Below are positions 18,258 through 27,977 of a DNA stretch of 64,000 nt, one piece after another. The stretch is from an uncultured Pseudomonadota bacterium (lineage in GTDB: Bacteria; Pseudomonadota; Gammaproteobacteria; Steroidobacterales; Steroidobacteraceae), in NCBI GenBank assembly GCA_903898785.1, contig CAIUGU010000039.1:13176-77175 (forward strand), in the 5' to 3' direction. Below the pieces are notes generated by a model. It was not told where the DNA came from and ran no database searches. It saw only the letters and a list, made by a program, of their open reading frames with translations. Both the position numbers and the translations under genes were made by a program. Positions within the stretch are counted from its first letter, which is position 1. Every line of letters starts with the position of its first letter.

Positions 18258-19232
18258 ATGCGTCCACGTTTGTCCACGCTGGTTTCATCCCTGGCTTGTC
18301 TGTGCCTGCTCCCGGTTGTCGGCCAATCCGCAGAGCCGGCGGCGCCGCTGCGGCAGCAGGTAGAGGTGCTGCAGGCCGGACAGATGCGGGTCGACAAAGT
18401 GAAGGAGGGGCTCTACGTGGTACGAGGCCCGTTCGTTCCGTGCACCACGCGCGGCTGCAGGCCCAACGGTCCGGACGACGGCCTCATCCATGAGCCCGGC
18501 GACGTCGCCATCCGCGCCACCCCGGAAGGACTCATCCTGATCGACGACAAGTATCCGGAGAACATCCTCGAGGTGCTCTCGCAGGTGCGCAGCGTGTCGT
18601 CGCTGCCCATCCGCTACCTGCTCAACACCCACCACCACGCGGACCACGTGAGCGGCAACGCCAATCTCCGCGCGCTCGGCATCGACATCATCGGCCATCG
18701 CAACATCCGCGAGAATTTCCTGAGGATCAAGCAGCCGGGCGAGCCCAACATCGTGTTTGCCGACGAGGGCGCGCTGTACCTGGGGGGCGTCGAGGTCAGG
18801 ATGCTCCACTACGGCAACGGCCATACGAACGGCGACACCATCGTGTATTTCCCCGACCTGAAGACGGTGCACATGGGCGACCTCGTCATCGACGGCATGC
18901 CGGTCATCGACTACAGCGCCGGCGGCAGTGCGATCGCGTTCGTCAAGACGATCGACAAGCTGCTCGAACTCGATTTCGACACGGCGATTCCCGGGCATGG
19001 CCGAGTGATGACCAAGGCGGAGGTGCAGGCGTATCGGGCGCGCTTCCAGGAAATGAACAACCGCATGCGGGCGCTGGCAAAGAAGCGCTTTCCGCGCGAG
19101 CAGTTGCTGTCCCTCGACCAGGCGCGCATCCAGTTGAAGCTCGCGGACCTCGGCTGGGAGAACTCGGTCAGCACCATCGCCTTCATGAACAGCATCGGGC
19201 AGTACTACGACGAGATGGCTGCGGCGCCCTGA
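18258..19232 (+). CDS. exported MBL-fold metallo-hydrolase
   Basis: ORF 18165..19232, ATG at 18258 after GGGAGAGG. Has a signal peptide. HHHADHVSGN (HxHxDH) and HTNGDTIVYFPD motifs. Confidence 0.85.
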   Translation: MRPRLSTLVSSLACLCLLPVVGQSAEPAAPLRQQVEVLQAGQMRVDKVKEGLYVVRGPFVPCTTRGCRPNGPDDGLIHEPGDVAIRATPEGLILIDDKYPENILEVLSQVRSVSSLPIRYLLNTHHHADHVSGNANLRALGIDIIGHRNIRENFLRIKQPGEPNIVFADEGALYLGGVEVRMLHYGNGHTNGDTIVYFPDLKTVHMGDLVIDGMPVIDYSAGGSAIAFVKTIDKLLELDFDTAIPGHGRVMTKAEVQAYRARFQEMNNRMRALAKKRFPREQLLSLDQARIQLKLADLGWENSVSTIAFMNSIGQYYDEMAAAP

Positions 19233-19245
19233 GCCGCTCCGGCGC

Positions 19246-20037
19246 CTAGCTTGCGAAGACCTCGCTGCCGCGGGCGAGGCGCACGCCGGCTTCGTGCAGG
19301 GTGCCTGCGAAGGCGTCATCGCCCAGCGCGGCGTATTCAGCCACGCGGGCCGGGCCTAGCGGGTCGGAGGAGGACGCTTCGCGCGCCACGTGAACCATGA
19401 GTGCGTCGAACCTGCGGGCCTGGGCCAGCCACCCCTTGACCGCAACCGCGTAGTCCGCGGTTTTCAGGTCGAAGCCGTAGACCCCCAGCAGCCGCCTGGA
19501 GCAACGAAAGCCGGCCTGCTCCGCTGCCCTTTCCAGTCCCCGTCCGCCGAGCAGGTCGATCACGCTCCCTTTGAAGCCGCTTCCCGGCGCGGGCCGGCTG
19601 AGACGGATCCAGGGGCGTGAGCGGCCATACCGTGCGTCGAGCTCGCGCAGCAGTGCCGAACGGATCTGCGGCAGCTGGTGGATGTGGCGATGACCATCCA
19701 CGTAGTCGGGTGGCGTGCCGGTCGCTGCCTCGAAAGCGTCGAGTTGCCGCGCAATGCGTCGCGAGACCTCGCTGGCACGCAACAGCCGTGCACAACTGGC
19801 GACGACCAGCGTCGACCAGGGCATCACGGGATCAAACTCGGTGAAGTCGAGATGCAGCCCGACATCGATGCGCCCCCGCACCTCTCGAGTGAGGCTGCTC
19901 GCGGCCTGCTGCCATCTCGGACTCAATGTCAGGCACGACGTCGCCGTCAGGCGGCCGCGCATCGCAAGGTCCACGACGGCGGCATCGATGCCGGCATCCA
20001 TGCCGTAATCGTCAGCGCTCAGGATCAGTGGAGTCAT
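19246..20037 (-). CDS. YdjC / ChbG / HpnK-family carbohydrate deacetylase
   Basis: ORF 19246..20052. MTPLILSADDYGMDAGID is the typical YdjC-family N-terminus (ATG at 20037, alternative 20052). It overlaps the upstream GtrA gene end. Confidence 0.8.
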   Translation of the reverse strand: MTPLILSADDYGMDAGIDAAVVDLAMRGRLTATSCLTLSPRWQQAASSLTREVRGRIDVGLHLDFTEFDPVMPWSTLVVASCARLLRASEVSRRIARQLDAFEAATGTPPDYVDGHRHIHQLPQIRSALLRELDARYGRSRPWIRLSRPAPGSGFKGSVIDLLGGRGLERAAEQAGFRCSRRLLGVYGFDLKTADYAVAVKGWLAQARRFDALMVHVAREASSSDPLGPARVAEYAALGDDAFAGTLHEAGVRLARGSEVFAS

Positions 20038-20434
20038 GTCTTGCAGCGGCATGGCGGGCGAAGACCCAGCCCCGGCTCAGCAGGAACGTGGACACGGACA
20101 CCACGAGGAGCACGATGGCGAGCGCGATGTAGAGCGGCAGCGACGTCAGATTCAGCAGCGTCAGGAGGAGTGCCTGGTTGCCGACGAAGGCCATGCCCGA
20201 GACGGCGAAGAGCCGCGGCAGGGCGCGCTGGTGCGGCACTTCGGTGGCGGCAAAGCTCAATGCGCGGTGGCCGAAGTAGCTGACGGGAAACGCACACAGG
20301 AAGCCGATGAAGTTGGCGGGACCGGGACGCAGCGACGCGAACGTGTTGAGCCCGAGCGTCACGACGTAGTGGACCATGCCCGCCGCGCCGCCGATCGCGA
20401 GGAACCACCCGATGGAGTGGTCAGCCCTGCGCAT
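20012..20434 (-). CDS. GtrA-family small membrane protein
   Basis: ORF 20012..20485. Four TM segments. GAAGMVHYVVTLGL and RGWVF strings are typical of GtrA. Start ambiguous (ATG at 20434 or 20464). It overlaps the GT2 stop. Confidence 0.75.
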   Translation of the reverse strand: MRRADHSIGWFLAIGGAAGMVHYVVTLGLNTFASLRPGPANFIGFLCAFPVSYFGHRALSFAATEVPHQRALPRLFAVSGMAFVGNQALLLTLLNLTSLPLYIALAIVLLVVSVSTFLLSRGWVFARHAAARHDSTDPER

Positions 20435-21491
20435 GCTCTCGCGGCGTGGCTTGTGCCTGGTCATGGCTGTCGTCGGCGGCGGCACGGCGCCATTCCGCGA
20501 CGACGTAGGTCGGGCGCCCCTTGACCTCGTCGTAGACGCGGGCGAGGTACTCGCCCAGGATGCCGATGAACAGCAGTTGCACGCCCGAGAAGAACATCAT
20601 GCCCACGACCACGGTTGGCCAGCCGGGCACATCGGTGCCGTACAGCATGTGGTGGGCAAACTCGTAGGTTCCGTAGGCGAAGGCCAGCGTGGCCAGTGCC
20701 GCACCGACGACGCTGGCGGCGCGCAGCGGCAGGACCGAGAAGCTCGTGATGCCCTTCCACGCAAGCCCTGCAAGCTTCAGGCGGGAAAACTGGCTGTGTC
20801 CCCGCGTACGCGCGAGCGGCATGAAAGGAATGCCGATGCTTCGAAAGCCCACCCACGAGTACAGGCCCTTCATGAAGCGGTTGTGTTCCGGGAGCCGGCG
20901 GAGGGCCTCGACGACGGTGCGGTCCATCCAGCGGAAGTCACCGGCATCCGGCGGAATGTCGATCTCGCCGGCGCTGCGCATCAGCTTGTAGAAGAGCCGT
21001 GTGCCAATGCGCTTGTAGTGCGGTTCGGTCGCCCGGTCCGTGCGCACGGCATAGACCATTTCGTAGCCTTCTCGCCAGCGCTCGAGCATTTGCGGGATCA
21101 GCGAGACGGGATGCTGCCCGTCCGCGTCCATGCACAGAATGACGTCCCCGCTCGCATGATCGAGGCCTGCCGTGATTGCGGCCTCCTTGCCGAAGTTGCG
21201 CGACAGGCGCAAGACGCTCGCGTGACAGGACGGGTCGAGGCCGGCAACCGCGTCGCCCGTGCCGTCCGTGCTGCCGTCATCGATGACAATGACTTCCCAT
21301 TCCAGGTCCAGGCTGGCGAGCGTATCGGCCACGCCATCGACGGTCGTGCCAATGCATTCCGCTTCGTTGCGTGCGGGGATGACCACGCTGACGCGCGGCC
21401 GTGCCGGGCGCGCTGCACGCACTCCCGGCGCCGGACCACCCGCAGGCCGCAGCGGCGGACTGGGTGCGCGAAATGCAATCTGGGTCGCCAT
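20421..21491 (-). CDS. family-2 glycosyltransferase, polyprenyl-phosphate sugar synthase type (ArnC/DPM1-like)
   Basis: VSVVIPARNE...VIDDGSTDGT...CMDADGQHP (DXD), plus two C-terminal TM helices as in ArnC/GtrB-type enzymes. Confidence 0.85.
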   Translation of the reverse strand: MATQIAFRAPSPPLRPAGGPAPGVRAARPARPRVSVVIPARNEAECIGTTVDGVADTLASLDLEWEVIVIDDGSTDGTGDAVAGLDPSCHASVLRLSRNFGKEAAITAGLDHASGDVILCMDADGQHPVSLIPQMLERWREGYEMVYAVRTDRATEPHYKRIGTRLFYKLMRSAGEIDIPPDAGDFRWMDRTVVEALRRLPEHNRFMKGLYSWVGFRSIGIPFMPLARTRGHSQFSRLKLAGLAWKGITSFSVLPLRAASVVGAALATLAFAYGTYEFAHHMLYGTDVPGWPTVVVGMMFFSGVQLLFIGILGEYLARVYDEVKGRPTYVVAEWRRAAADDSHDQAQATPREHAQG

Positions 21492-21788
21492 GTCGGGTAC
21501 TCACCGGCCTCGTCAATCTTCCGTCAACAGTTTCCGGTCAGGACTGCATGTGGGGTACCGCAGGGCAGGGCTGCCCCAACCCGGCACTTTTCCACCGGCC
21601 ATGCTGACTGCATCAAGGCATTCGTCGCGCGAGCCACCCACAGTCGGAGTGCAGTCCGGGTCGTATTCTGGCATGTTCCGGGCCCTGGTACCGCATCGGG
21701 AGCAGTGCGGGCCGGACGGTGTCGTCTCCCGGCCGGAATCGCCCCGATCTGCGTGCGTCGGTGCCCCCGATTCTGCTAGCGTCGCGGC

Positions 21789-22514
21789 ATGGAAGAGAAC
21801 AACAACGGCGCTACAAGCGGCAATCTCTGGGCGGACTTCTGGTCTCACGACCACCCGATTTATGCCAATGCGCGCCACGCCACGGTCCACTACCGCCGTA
21901 TCGCAGAAGACCTCAACGCGCTGCTCAAGGATCGCGTGAGGCCAACGGTGCTTGACTGGGGATGCGGAGATGCATTCGGGGCGCCCGCGATCGCACCGTC
22001 GTGTGGCGAGCTGCTGCTCTACGATGCGGTCGGCGCCGTACAGAAACGGATTGCGGCGCGATTCGCCGGAGAGAAGGGCATCCGGGTGCTTGACGACGAG
22101 GCGTGGCGGTCGCTGCCGGCCGGGAGCGTCGATGTCATCGTCATGAATTCAGTCGCGCAGTACCTGGGTCAGGCGGAACTCGGGGCGGTACTCGATGGCT
22201 TCAGGAAGCGGCTGCGCCAGGATGGCGTGGCGTACCTCGCTGACATCATCCCTCCCGATGCGGGCATGCTGCCGGATATTGCATCGCTCCTTGCGACCGG
22301 TGCCCGCCATGGCTTCTTCTTCGCCGCGTGCCTCGGATTGGCGCGGACCTGGTTCTCTCGGTACCGGCAGATCCGCACTCAGGCCGGGTTCTCGACTTAC
22401 AGCGAGCGCGGAATCCGGGAGTTGGCAGGCAAGCATGGCTTCAGCGCCGAGCGCTTGCCTGCGAATGTCGGCTTCAACCAGCAGCGGATGGCGTTCCGGC
22501 TACGTCCCGCCTGA
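21789..22514 (+). CDS. class I SAM-dependent methyltransferase
   Basis: VLDWGCGDAFG motif I and DVIVMNSVAQYL motif. Divergent from the GT2 operon. Confidence 0.75.
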   Translation: MEENNNGATSGNLWADFWSHDHPIYANARHATVHYRRIAEDLNALLKDRVRPTVLDWGCGDAFGAPAIAPSCGELLLYDAVGAVQKRIAARFAGEKGIRVLDDEAWRSLPAGSVDVIVMNSVAQYLGQAELGAVLDGFRKRLRQDGVAYLADIIPPDAGMLPDIASLLATGARHGFFFAACLGLARTWFSRYRQIRTQAGFSTYSERGIRELAGKHGFSAERLPANVGFNQQRMAFRLRPA

Positions 22515-23907
22515 GCAGTTTTGCCAGCATCAGCACGGCGGTCAAGGCGGTCAGCCAGGCGAGCCGGCTGCCATAACGATCGGCAGGATTGGAGACCGCG
22601 CCGCAGATGAAGGCATTGCCGAGATAGGCAAGCAGGACCAGCGTCGCGATGGTGGCTGTGGCCTTTTCACGCCTTCGCAACGCCATTGCGACCACGCCGA
22701 CCAGCAGCAACAGGCAGGCCAGCATCACCGGGACGTGCACCCAGTTGATCGCCGGGATCGGTGAATCCCAGATCTCGGGGTAGTTCTGCTGGTGTGCCCT
22801 GTTGAATGCGGCGTCGTCACCCGGATAGAACTCGCGGACCTGCTTGTCGATGAACCCTCCCATGGTGCGAAAGCCTTCGCCGGTGCGGATCACGACGAGC
22901 TGTTCCGCAGTGAGCCTCACGACACTGCCCAGGAATTCGAGCGGATAGCGCTTGATGATGATCTTGAGGTCCTCCGCCGACTTGGGCGGCACCTTCTCCC
23001 ACCCGCCGGCCTTCCACAGGCTGCCGTTGTGCCACAGGAACTGGTTGGCCTCGTCAGGGAGGTCGTTGCGATACGGACAGAACACGGACTGGTATTCGCC
23101 CGGCTTGTCGCAGGTCTCGGCCAGGTACCGTTCGCCGAGGCCCTGTTCAAGCAGCACGGCGAACGTGAGCAGGGGGGTTGTACGCGGGGCGAGGAAGACC
23201 CGTCCCGTCACCATCCAGTTGGTGGCCAGCGACAGGATCAAGCCCAGCACCATGCCGGCCGCCACGCCGCCGACTCTCATGGGCACGAACGGCCAGCCCC
23301 GGCGGGCGAGCACCGACATCACCCAGATGCAGGCCAGGAGGCCCGCGACCATGGTCACATGCGTCGGGTGGGCCATGCAGGCTAGCCCAAGCAGCACGAT
23401 GAAAGTCCACCTGCGCGCCGGTGTCAAGGCCTCGTCCCGCAGTGCCAGCATCAGGCAGAGCAGCACGGCGGGTGCCGTGAAGATGTCTGGCATGATCGTG
23501 CTGGCGACCCACGGCAGGCTCGTCAGCGTGAATGCAAACGCCAGCAGCGCAGCGAGGCGCCAGCCCCGCAGGTCCGGCGTAAGCAGGCGCCAGGACTCGA
23601 ACAGTACATAGGCCGCGATGACCACCTGCAGGATCAACGTGGCCCAGAGGGTATGCGCGGCCCAACCCGCCAGCGCCAGGAATCCGTAGCCGGCCGTTCG
23701 GTAGATGGGGAGCTTCCACGTGAAGCCCATCGACACGTAGTCGACGGTGTCGAAATACAGGACCGGATAGCCGTTCCACAACGCAGGCAGCATCAGTGCC
23801 ACCGACAGGGCGAGCACGATTCCCACCGAACGTGCCCAGCCGAATGCGTCCGGCGGCGTCGTGAACGCAGCGGGCGTCGGCAGGGGGGAGTTCGGATCGG
23901 GCTTCAT
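22474..23907 (-). CDS. polytopic membrane protein, possible GT-C-fold glycosyltransferase
   Basis: ORF 22474..24300 trimmed to the ATG at 23907 (MKPDPNSPLP...). About 10-12 TM. Acidic YFDTVDY in the first predicted outside loop, and a soluble loop before the last TMs. The function is inferred from context only. Confidence 0.45.
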   Translation of the reverse strand: MKPDPNSPLPTPAAFTTPPDAFGWARSVGIVLALSVALMLPALWNGYPVLYFDTVDYVSMGFTWKLPIYRTAGYGFLALAGWAAHTLWATLILQVVIAAYVLFESWRLLTPDLRGWRLAALLAFAFTLTSLPWVASTIMPDIFTAPAVLLCLMLALRDEALTPARRWTFIVLLGLACMAHPTHVTMVAGLLACIWVMSVLARRGWPFVPMRVGGVAAGMVLGLILSLATNWMVTGRVFLAPRTTPLLTFAVLLEQGLGERYLAETCDKPGEYQSVFCPYRNDLPDEANQFLWHNGSLWKAGGWEKVPPKSAEDLKIIIKRYPLEFLGSVVRLTAEQLVVIRTGEGFRTMGGFIDKQVREFYPGDDAAFNRAHQQNYPEIWDSPIPAINWVHVPVMLACLLLLVGVVAMALRRREKATATIATLVLLAYLGNAFICGAVSNPADRYGSRLAWLTALTAVLMLAKLLRRDVAGTPSAAG

Positions 23908-24124
23908 CGGTTCCCGCGGTGCCTTGGATAGTGGAGATCGGCAAGCGTCTGTTCGCAGGGCGCCGGTGGCGCGCGCCGGCAGCACAGGGCGGGGCCGCAA
24001 ACCGCCCGCATTATGAAGGAATCCGGACCCCGATGCTTGGAGCGCAGCCTCCCGTCGCGTCGGGCACACAGCCCGGATCCTGCTGCAATGCGGATCGCAT
24101 CCACCTGCTTTGCACGAGGAGCGG

Positions 24125-25855
24125 ATGCTACGCTTCCGGCTGGCACGCAGCACAAGGCAATCCAGCATGGCGGTGAACGAAGGGGCGACCCCTGCAGGCG
24201 AATCGTTGCAGGCGATCGATGCAGCACTGTCGGTGGCGCGCGCGCTCGTCGACCAGGCGACGGCAGGACTTGCCAGGCGGTGTGTACGGGATGGTCGCAT
24301 CGACGCGGGATGCCTGGATGAGCGAGGTGTTGCGGCCTACGAGCTGGCCTTGGCCAGTGCCGAGTTGCTCGCCGCAGAAACGCTCGTCGATTATGCGCGC
24401 CGTTCGCCGGCCGACGCCCTCGGCCGGGCCCTGGCTGCGGTCGTGGCGGCCGACGCAGGGCTCTCCGTGCAAACGCGGCTGGGTCCGCTACGGACCGAAT
24501 TCGGCCTGGACGACGAGGAGGCGGAGACGGCATTCGCGAATGCAGCCGTCCGCCAATGCATCGAGTCGGGCAGCGCACCCGGGTTCCGCGCCGCTGTCGG
24601 CAGCAGCATCCTGTCGGGGTCCGATGAGGTGGCGCCGGCGCCGCTCGACGAGGACCGTGCGCTCGCGCAGGAATCCTTTGCTCGCTTTGCCCGGGAGCAG
24701 GTGGCTCCGGTCGCCGAACACATCCATCGAGCTGATGCGGATGTGCCCGAGGCCCTGCTGCAGCCATTGCGCGAGATGGGATGCTTTGGCCTTTCGGTAC
24801 CGCAGCGCTTCGGGGGATCCGCACCGGACGACCGTGATGACAACCTGACGATGGTGGTCATCACCGAGGCGCTGTCGCGCGCTTCGCTGGGCGCCGCCGG
24901 CAGCCTCATCACCCGACCCGAGATCATGACCCGCGCGCTGCTGAAGGCCGGGACACCCGCACAGCAGGCCGAGTGGTTGCCGAAGCTCGCCGCGGGCGAC
25001 CCACTCTGCGCCATTGCCATTACCGAGCCCGACTACGGCTCCGACGTCGCGGCGTTGCAATGTCGCGCAACGCGTACCGCTGGCGGCTGGCTGATCGACG
25101 GAGCGAAGACCTGGTGCACGTTCGCCGGCAAGGCGGGCGTCCTGTTCGTCGTCGCGCGCACGGAAGCGGACAAGTCGCTTGGGTACAGGGGGCTCAGCGT
25201 ATTCCTGGTCGAGAAGCCCGCGAGCGAAGGCCACGAGTTCGACGTCGAGCAGCCTGGCGGTGGCAGGTTGTCCGGCAAGGCCATTCCCACGATCGGCTAC
25301 CGCGGCATGCACTCGTTCGACCTCTCATTCCGCAGCTATTTCGTGCCGGACGCCAACTTGCTCGGCGGTGCAGAAGGCCAGGGGCGGGGGTTCTATGCCG
25401 TCATGGCGGGCCTCACCGGCGGTCGCATCCAGACGGCCGCCCGCGCGTGCGGCGTCATGCAGGCTGCGCTGTCGAGCGCCGCACAGTATGCAAGGGACCG
25501 CAGGATCTTCGGCTCGCCGCTCGCCGCGTTGCCGCTGACGCAGGTGAAGATCGCCCGCATGGCCGCGTGGCTCGCCGCGTGCCGGCAGCTGGCCTATCGC
25601 GTCGCCGGCGAACTCGATGACGGTCGCGGACAGATGGAAGCGAGCCTCGTGAAACTGCTCGCCTGCCGCACGGCGGAGTGGCTGACTCGCGATGCCATGC
25701 AGATGCACGGCGGCATGGGCTACGCCGAAGAATCGGCGGTGAGCCGCTACTTCGTCGATGCGCGCGTCCTGTCGATCTTCGAGGGGGCCGAGGAAACGCT
25801 CGCGATCAAGGTGGTTGCGCGCGAACTGATGCAGCGCGCGCTTCAGGCCCGCTGA
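24125..25855 (+). CDS. acyl-CoA dehydrogenase with about 180-aa N-terminal extension (methylsuccinyl-CoA dehydrogenase-like architecture)
   Basis: ORF 24110..25855 (TTG). ATG candidates at 24125 (GAGGAG upstream) and 24167. The ACAD core runs from about LDEDRALAQESFARF to the end (ITEPDYGSD, GGMGY). Confidence 0.8.
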   Translation: MLRFRLARSTRQSSMAVNEGATPAGESLQAIDAALSVARALVDQATAGLARRCVRDGRIDAGCLDERGVAAYELALASAELLAAETLVDYARRSPADALGRALAAVVAADAGLSVQTRLGPLRTEFGLDDEEAETAFANAAVRQCIESGSAPGFRAAVGSSILSGSDEVAPAPLDEDRALAQESFARFAREQVAPVAEHIHRADADVPEALLQPLREMGCFGLSVPQRFGGSAPDDRDDNLTMVVITEALSRASLGAAGSLITRPEIMTRALLKAGTPAQQAEWLPKLAAGDPLCAIAITEPDYGSDVAALQCRATRTAGGWLIDGAKTWCTFAGKAGVLFVVARTEADKSLGYRGLSVFLVEKPASEGHEFDVEQPGGGRLSGKAIPTIGYRGMHSFDLSFRSYFVPDANLLGGAEGQGRGFYAVMAGLTGGRIQTAARACGVMQAALSSAAQYARDRRIFGSPLAALPLTQVKIARMAAWLAACRQLAYRVAGELDDGRGQMEASLVKLLACRTAEWLTRDAMQMHGGMGYAEESAVSRYFVDARVLSIFEGAEETLAIKVVARELMQRALQAR

Positions 25856-26670
25856 ATGGCAGCCCGTGCATCGCGGGCTGCGAGCACTGCGTGCGCCCGG
25901 GCGACGACTGGCCGATCGATCATCTGCCCTGCGAGCAGGAACGCATCGCCGGCACGCTGGCTGGCTGCGGAAACGACCTGCTCGGCCCAGCTCACCTCGG
26001 CAGCTGTCGGCGCGAAAGCCGCATTGACGAGCGCCACCTGCGCCGGATGGATGCACAGCTTGCCGCCGAAGCCGAAGCGCCGCGACCGCTCGGCCTCGCG
26101 AATGATCACGTCGGGCTGGTCGATCACGGGCGTGACGCCGTCGATCGGCGCAGGCAGTCCGGCGAAGCGCGACTCGATGACGAGGCGGCTGCGCACGAAG
26201 TCGAGTTCGTGTTCGGTGCCCGGAATGCCGGCGTCAAGGCCGAAGTCGATCGACCCGAACGCGAGGCGCGACAGTCCCGGTGTCGCAGCGATGCCGCGCA
26301 GGGCGACGACCCCGGCAACGCTTTCAACCAGTGCGATCAGCGACTGCGTGGCGTGTAGCCTCGCGCGGACGGCAGCCAGTCCGGCGGCGTCGGCCTTGGG
26401 CAACACGATGCCCTGGGGCTGCGCCGCGATCACCATCGCAAGATCCTCGGCGAACCCGGGCGTGCCGACAGCATTGATTCGCACGAGCGCCTGCCCGCCC
26501 GCCTGCAGCCATTGCGCTATGGCAAGGCGTGCCGCAGGGCGCTCGGCCTCGGGGACGCCGTCTTCGAGGTCGGCAATGACGCAATCGGCGGCGCTGGCGG
26601 CCGCCTTCGGCAGGCGCTCTGCGCGATGGCCGGGGACGAACAGGAAGGACTGGGCGATGGGCATGGGCAT
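25843..26670 (-). CDS. HpcH/HpaI-CitE family CoA ester lyase (citramalyl-/malyl-CoA lyase-like)
   Basis: FVPGHRAERLPKA...ADLEDGV...ESVAGV...KLCIHPAQV are CitE-like strings. Confidence 0.8.
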   Translation of the reverse strand: MPMPIAQSFLFVPGHRAERLPKAAASAADCVIADLEDGVPEAERPAARLAIAQWLQAGGQALVRINAVGTPGFAEDLAMVIAAQPQGIVLPKADAAGLAAVRARLHATQSLIALVESVAGVVALRGIAATPGLSRLAFGSIDFGLDAGIPGTEHELDFVRSRLVIESRFAGLPAPIDGVTPVIDQPDVIIREAERSRRFGFGGKLCIHPAQVALVNAAFAPTAAEVSWAEQVVSAASQRAGDAFLLAGQMIDRPVVARAHAVLAARDARAAIQRA

Positions 26671-26753
26671 CCGTTTAGTATGATCGACGTACGGCGCATT
26701 GCGCGAGTCGCGTCAGCATGTGGGGACGCAGGATCGAGGCAGGTGGGGGCAAC

Positions 26754-27977
26754 GTGACGGGAATTCTGGCGGGCATGAGGGTGGTTGAGGGCTGCGCATT
26801 CGTTGCGGCGCCGTCGGGGGGCATGACGCTGGCGCAGCTCGGCGCCGAGGTGATCCGCTTCGACCCGCCCGGAGGAGGCCTCGATGCCAGGCGCTGGCCG
26901 GTCACCGCCAATGGCGCCAGCCTCTACTGGGCCGGCCTCAACAAGGGCAAGAAGTCCTTCGCCGTGGACATCACGCGGCCGGAAGGCCAGGAGCTGGTGT
27001 CTGCATTGATTACTGCGCCCGGCGACAACGCCGGGCTGTTCCTGACGAATTTCCCCGCGCGAGGCTGGCTCGGCTACAAGGCGCTGAAGCTCAGGCGCCC
27101 GGATCTCATCTATCTCGCGATTACCGGCGATCGCCACGGCGGCTCGCAGGTCGACTACACCGTGAACCCGCGCGTCGGGTTTCCCGCGCTCACCGGCACG
27201 CCGGGAGAAGACGCGCCGGTGAACCACGTGTTGCCTGCATGGGATCTCGTGACGGGGCAGATGGCAGCGGTGGGCTTGCTCGCCGCGGAGCGGCAGCGGC
27301 GCATCACGCACAAGGGCGAGTATGTACAGCTCAGCCTGCTCGACGTCGCGCTGGCCACGCTGGGGACACTCGGGTTCCTCGCCGATGCGGAGCTGCACGG
27401 CCAGGACCGGCCGCGCTACGGCAACGACGTGTATGGCGCTTTCGGCCGCGACTTTGCCACCCGCGACGGCCGGCGCGTGATGGTCGTCGGACTGACCCGC
27501 CGCCAGTGGGCGGGACTGCGCAGGGCCACCGGGCTCGCTGCAGCGTTCGATGCCGTCGGTCAGTCGCTCGGCCTGGACCTCGATGAAGAGGGCAATCGTT
27601 TTCGCGCTCGCGAGCAGTTGAATGCCGTGCTCGCACCCTGGATCGCGGCGCGCGACTTCGCGGAAGTCTGTCGCATCTTCAAGGAGCACGACGTGAGCTT
27701 CGGCCCCTACCAGACGGTCACCGAGCTGCTGCGCGATGACGCGGAGGCCTCCGTAGACAATCCGCTGTTCAAGCGGGTGATGCAGCCCGGCATTGGTGCC
27801 TACCGCATGCCCGGGTCGCCGCTGTACTTCTCGAATGCGAGCCACGAGGATCCGCGCCCCGCGCCGCGACTCGGCGAGCATACCGACGAGATCCTCGAGA
27901 CGATGCTGGGCCTGGGCGGCAGCGAGATCGGCAGGCTGCACGACCAGGGCATCGTGGCGGGAGTGAAGCAGCCATGA
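26754..27977 (+). CDS. family III (CaiB/BaiF) CoA-transferase
   Basis: ORF 26718..27977. GTG at 26754 after GGTGGGGG gives (M)TGILAGMRVVEGCAFVAAPSGGMTLAQLGAEVIRFD, the typical family III N-terminus. Confidence 0.8.
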   Translation: MTGILAGMRVVEGCAFVAAPSGGMTLAQLGAEVIRFDPPGGGLDARRWPVTANGASLYWAGLNKGKKSFAVDITRPEGQELVSALITAPGDNAGLFLTNFPARGWLGYKALKLRRPDLIYLAITGDRHGGSQVDYTVNPRVGFPALTGTPGEDAPVNHVLPAWDLVTGQMAAVGLLAAERQRRITHKGEYVQLSLLDVALATLGTLGFLADAELHGQDRPRYGNDVYGAFGRDFATRDGRRVMVVGLTRRQWAGLRRATGLAAAFDAVGQSLGLDLDEEGNRFRAREQLNAVLAPWIAARDFAEVCRIFKEHDVSFGPYQTVTELLRDDAEASVDNPLFKRVMQPGIGAYRMPGSPLYFSNASHEDPRPAPRLGEHTDEILETMLGLGGSEIGRLHDQGIVAGVKQP

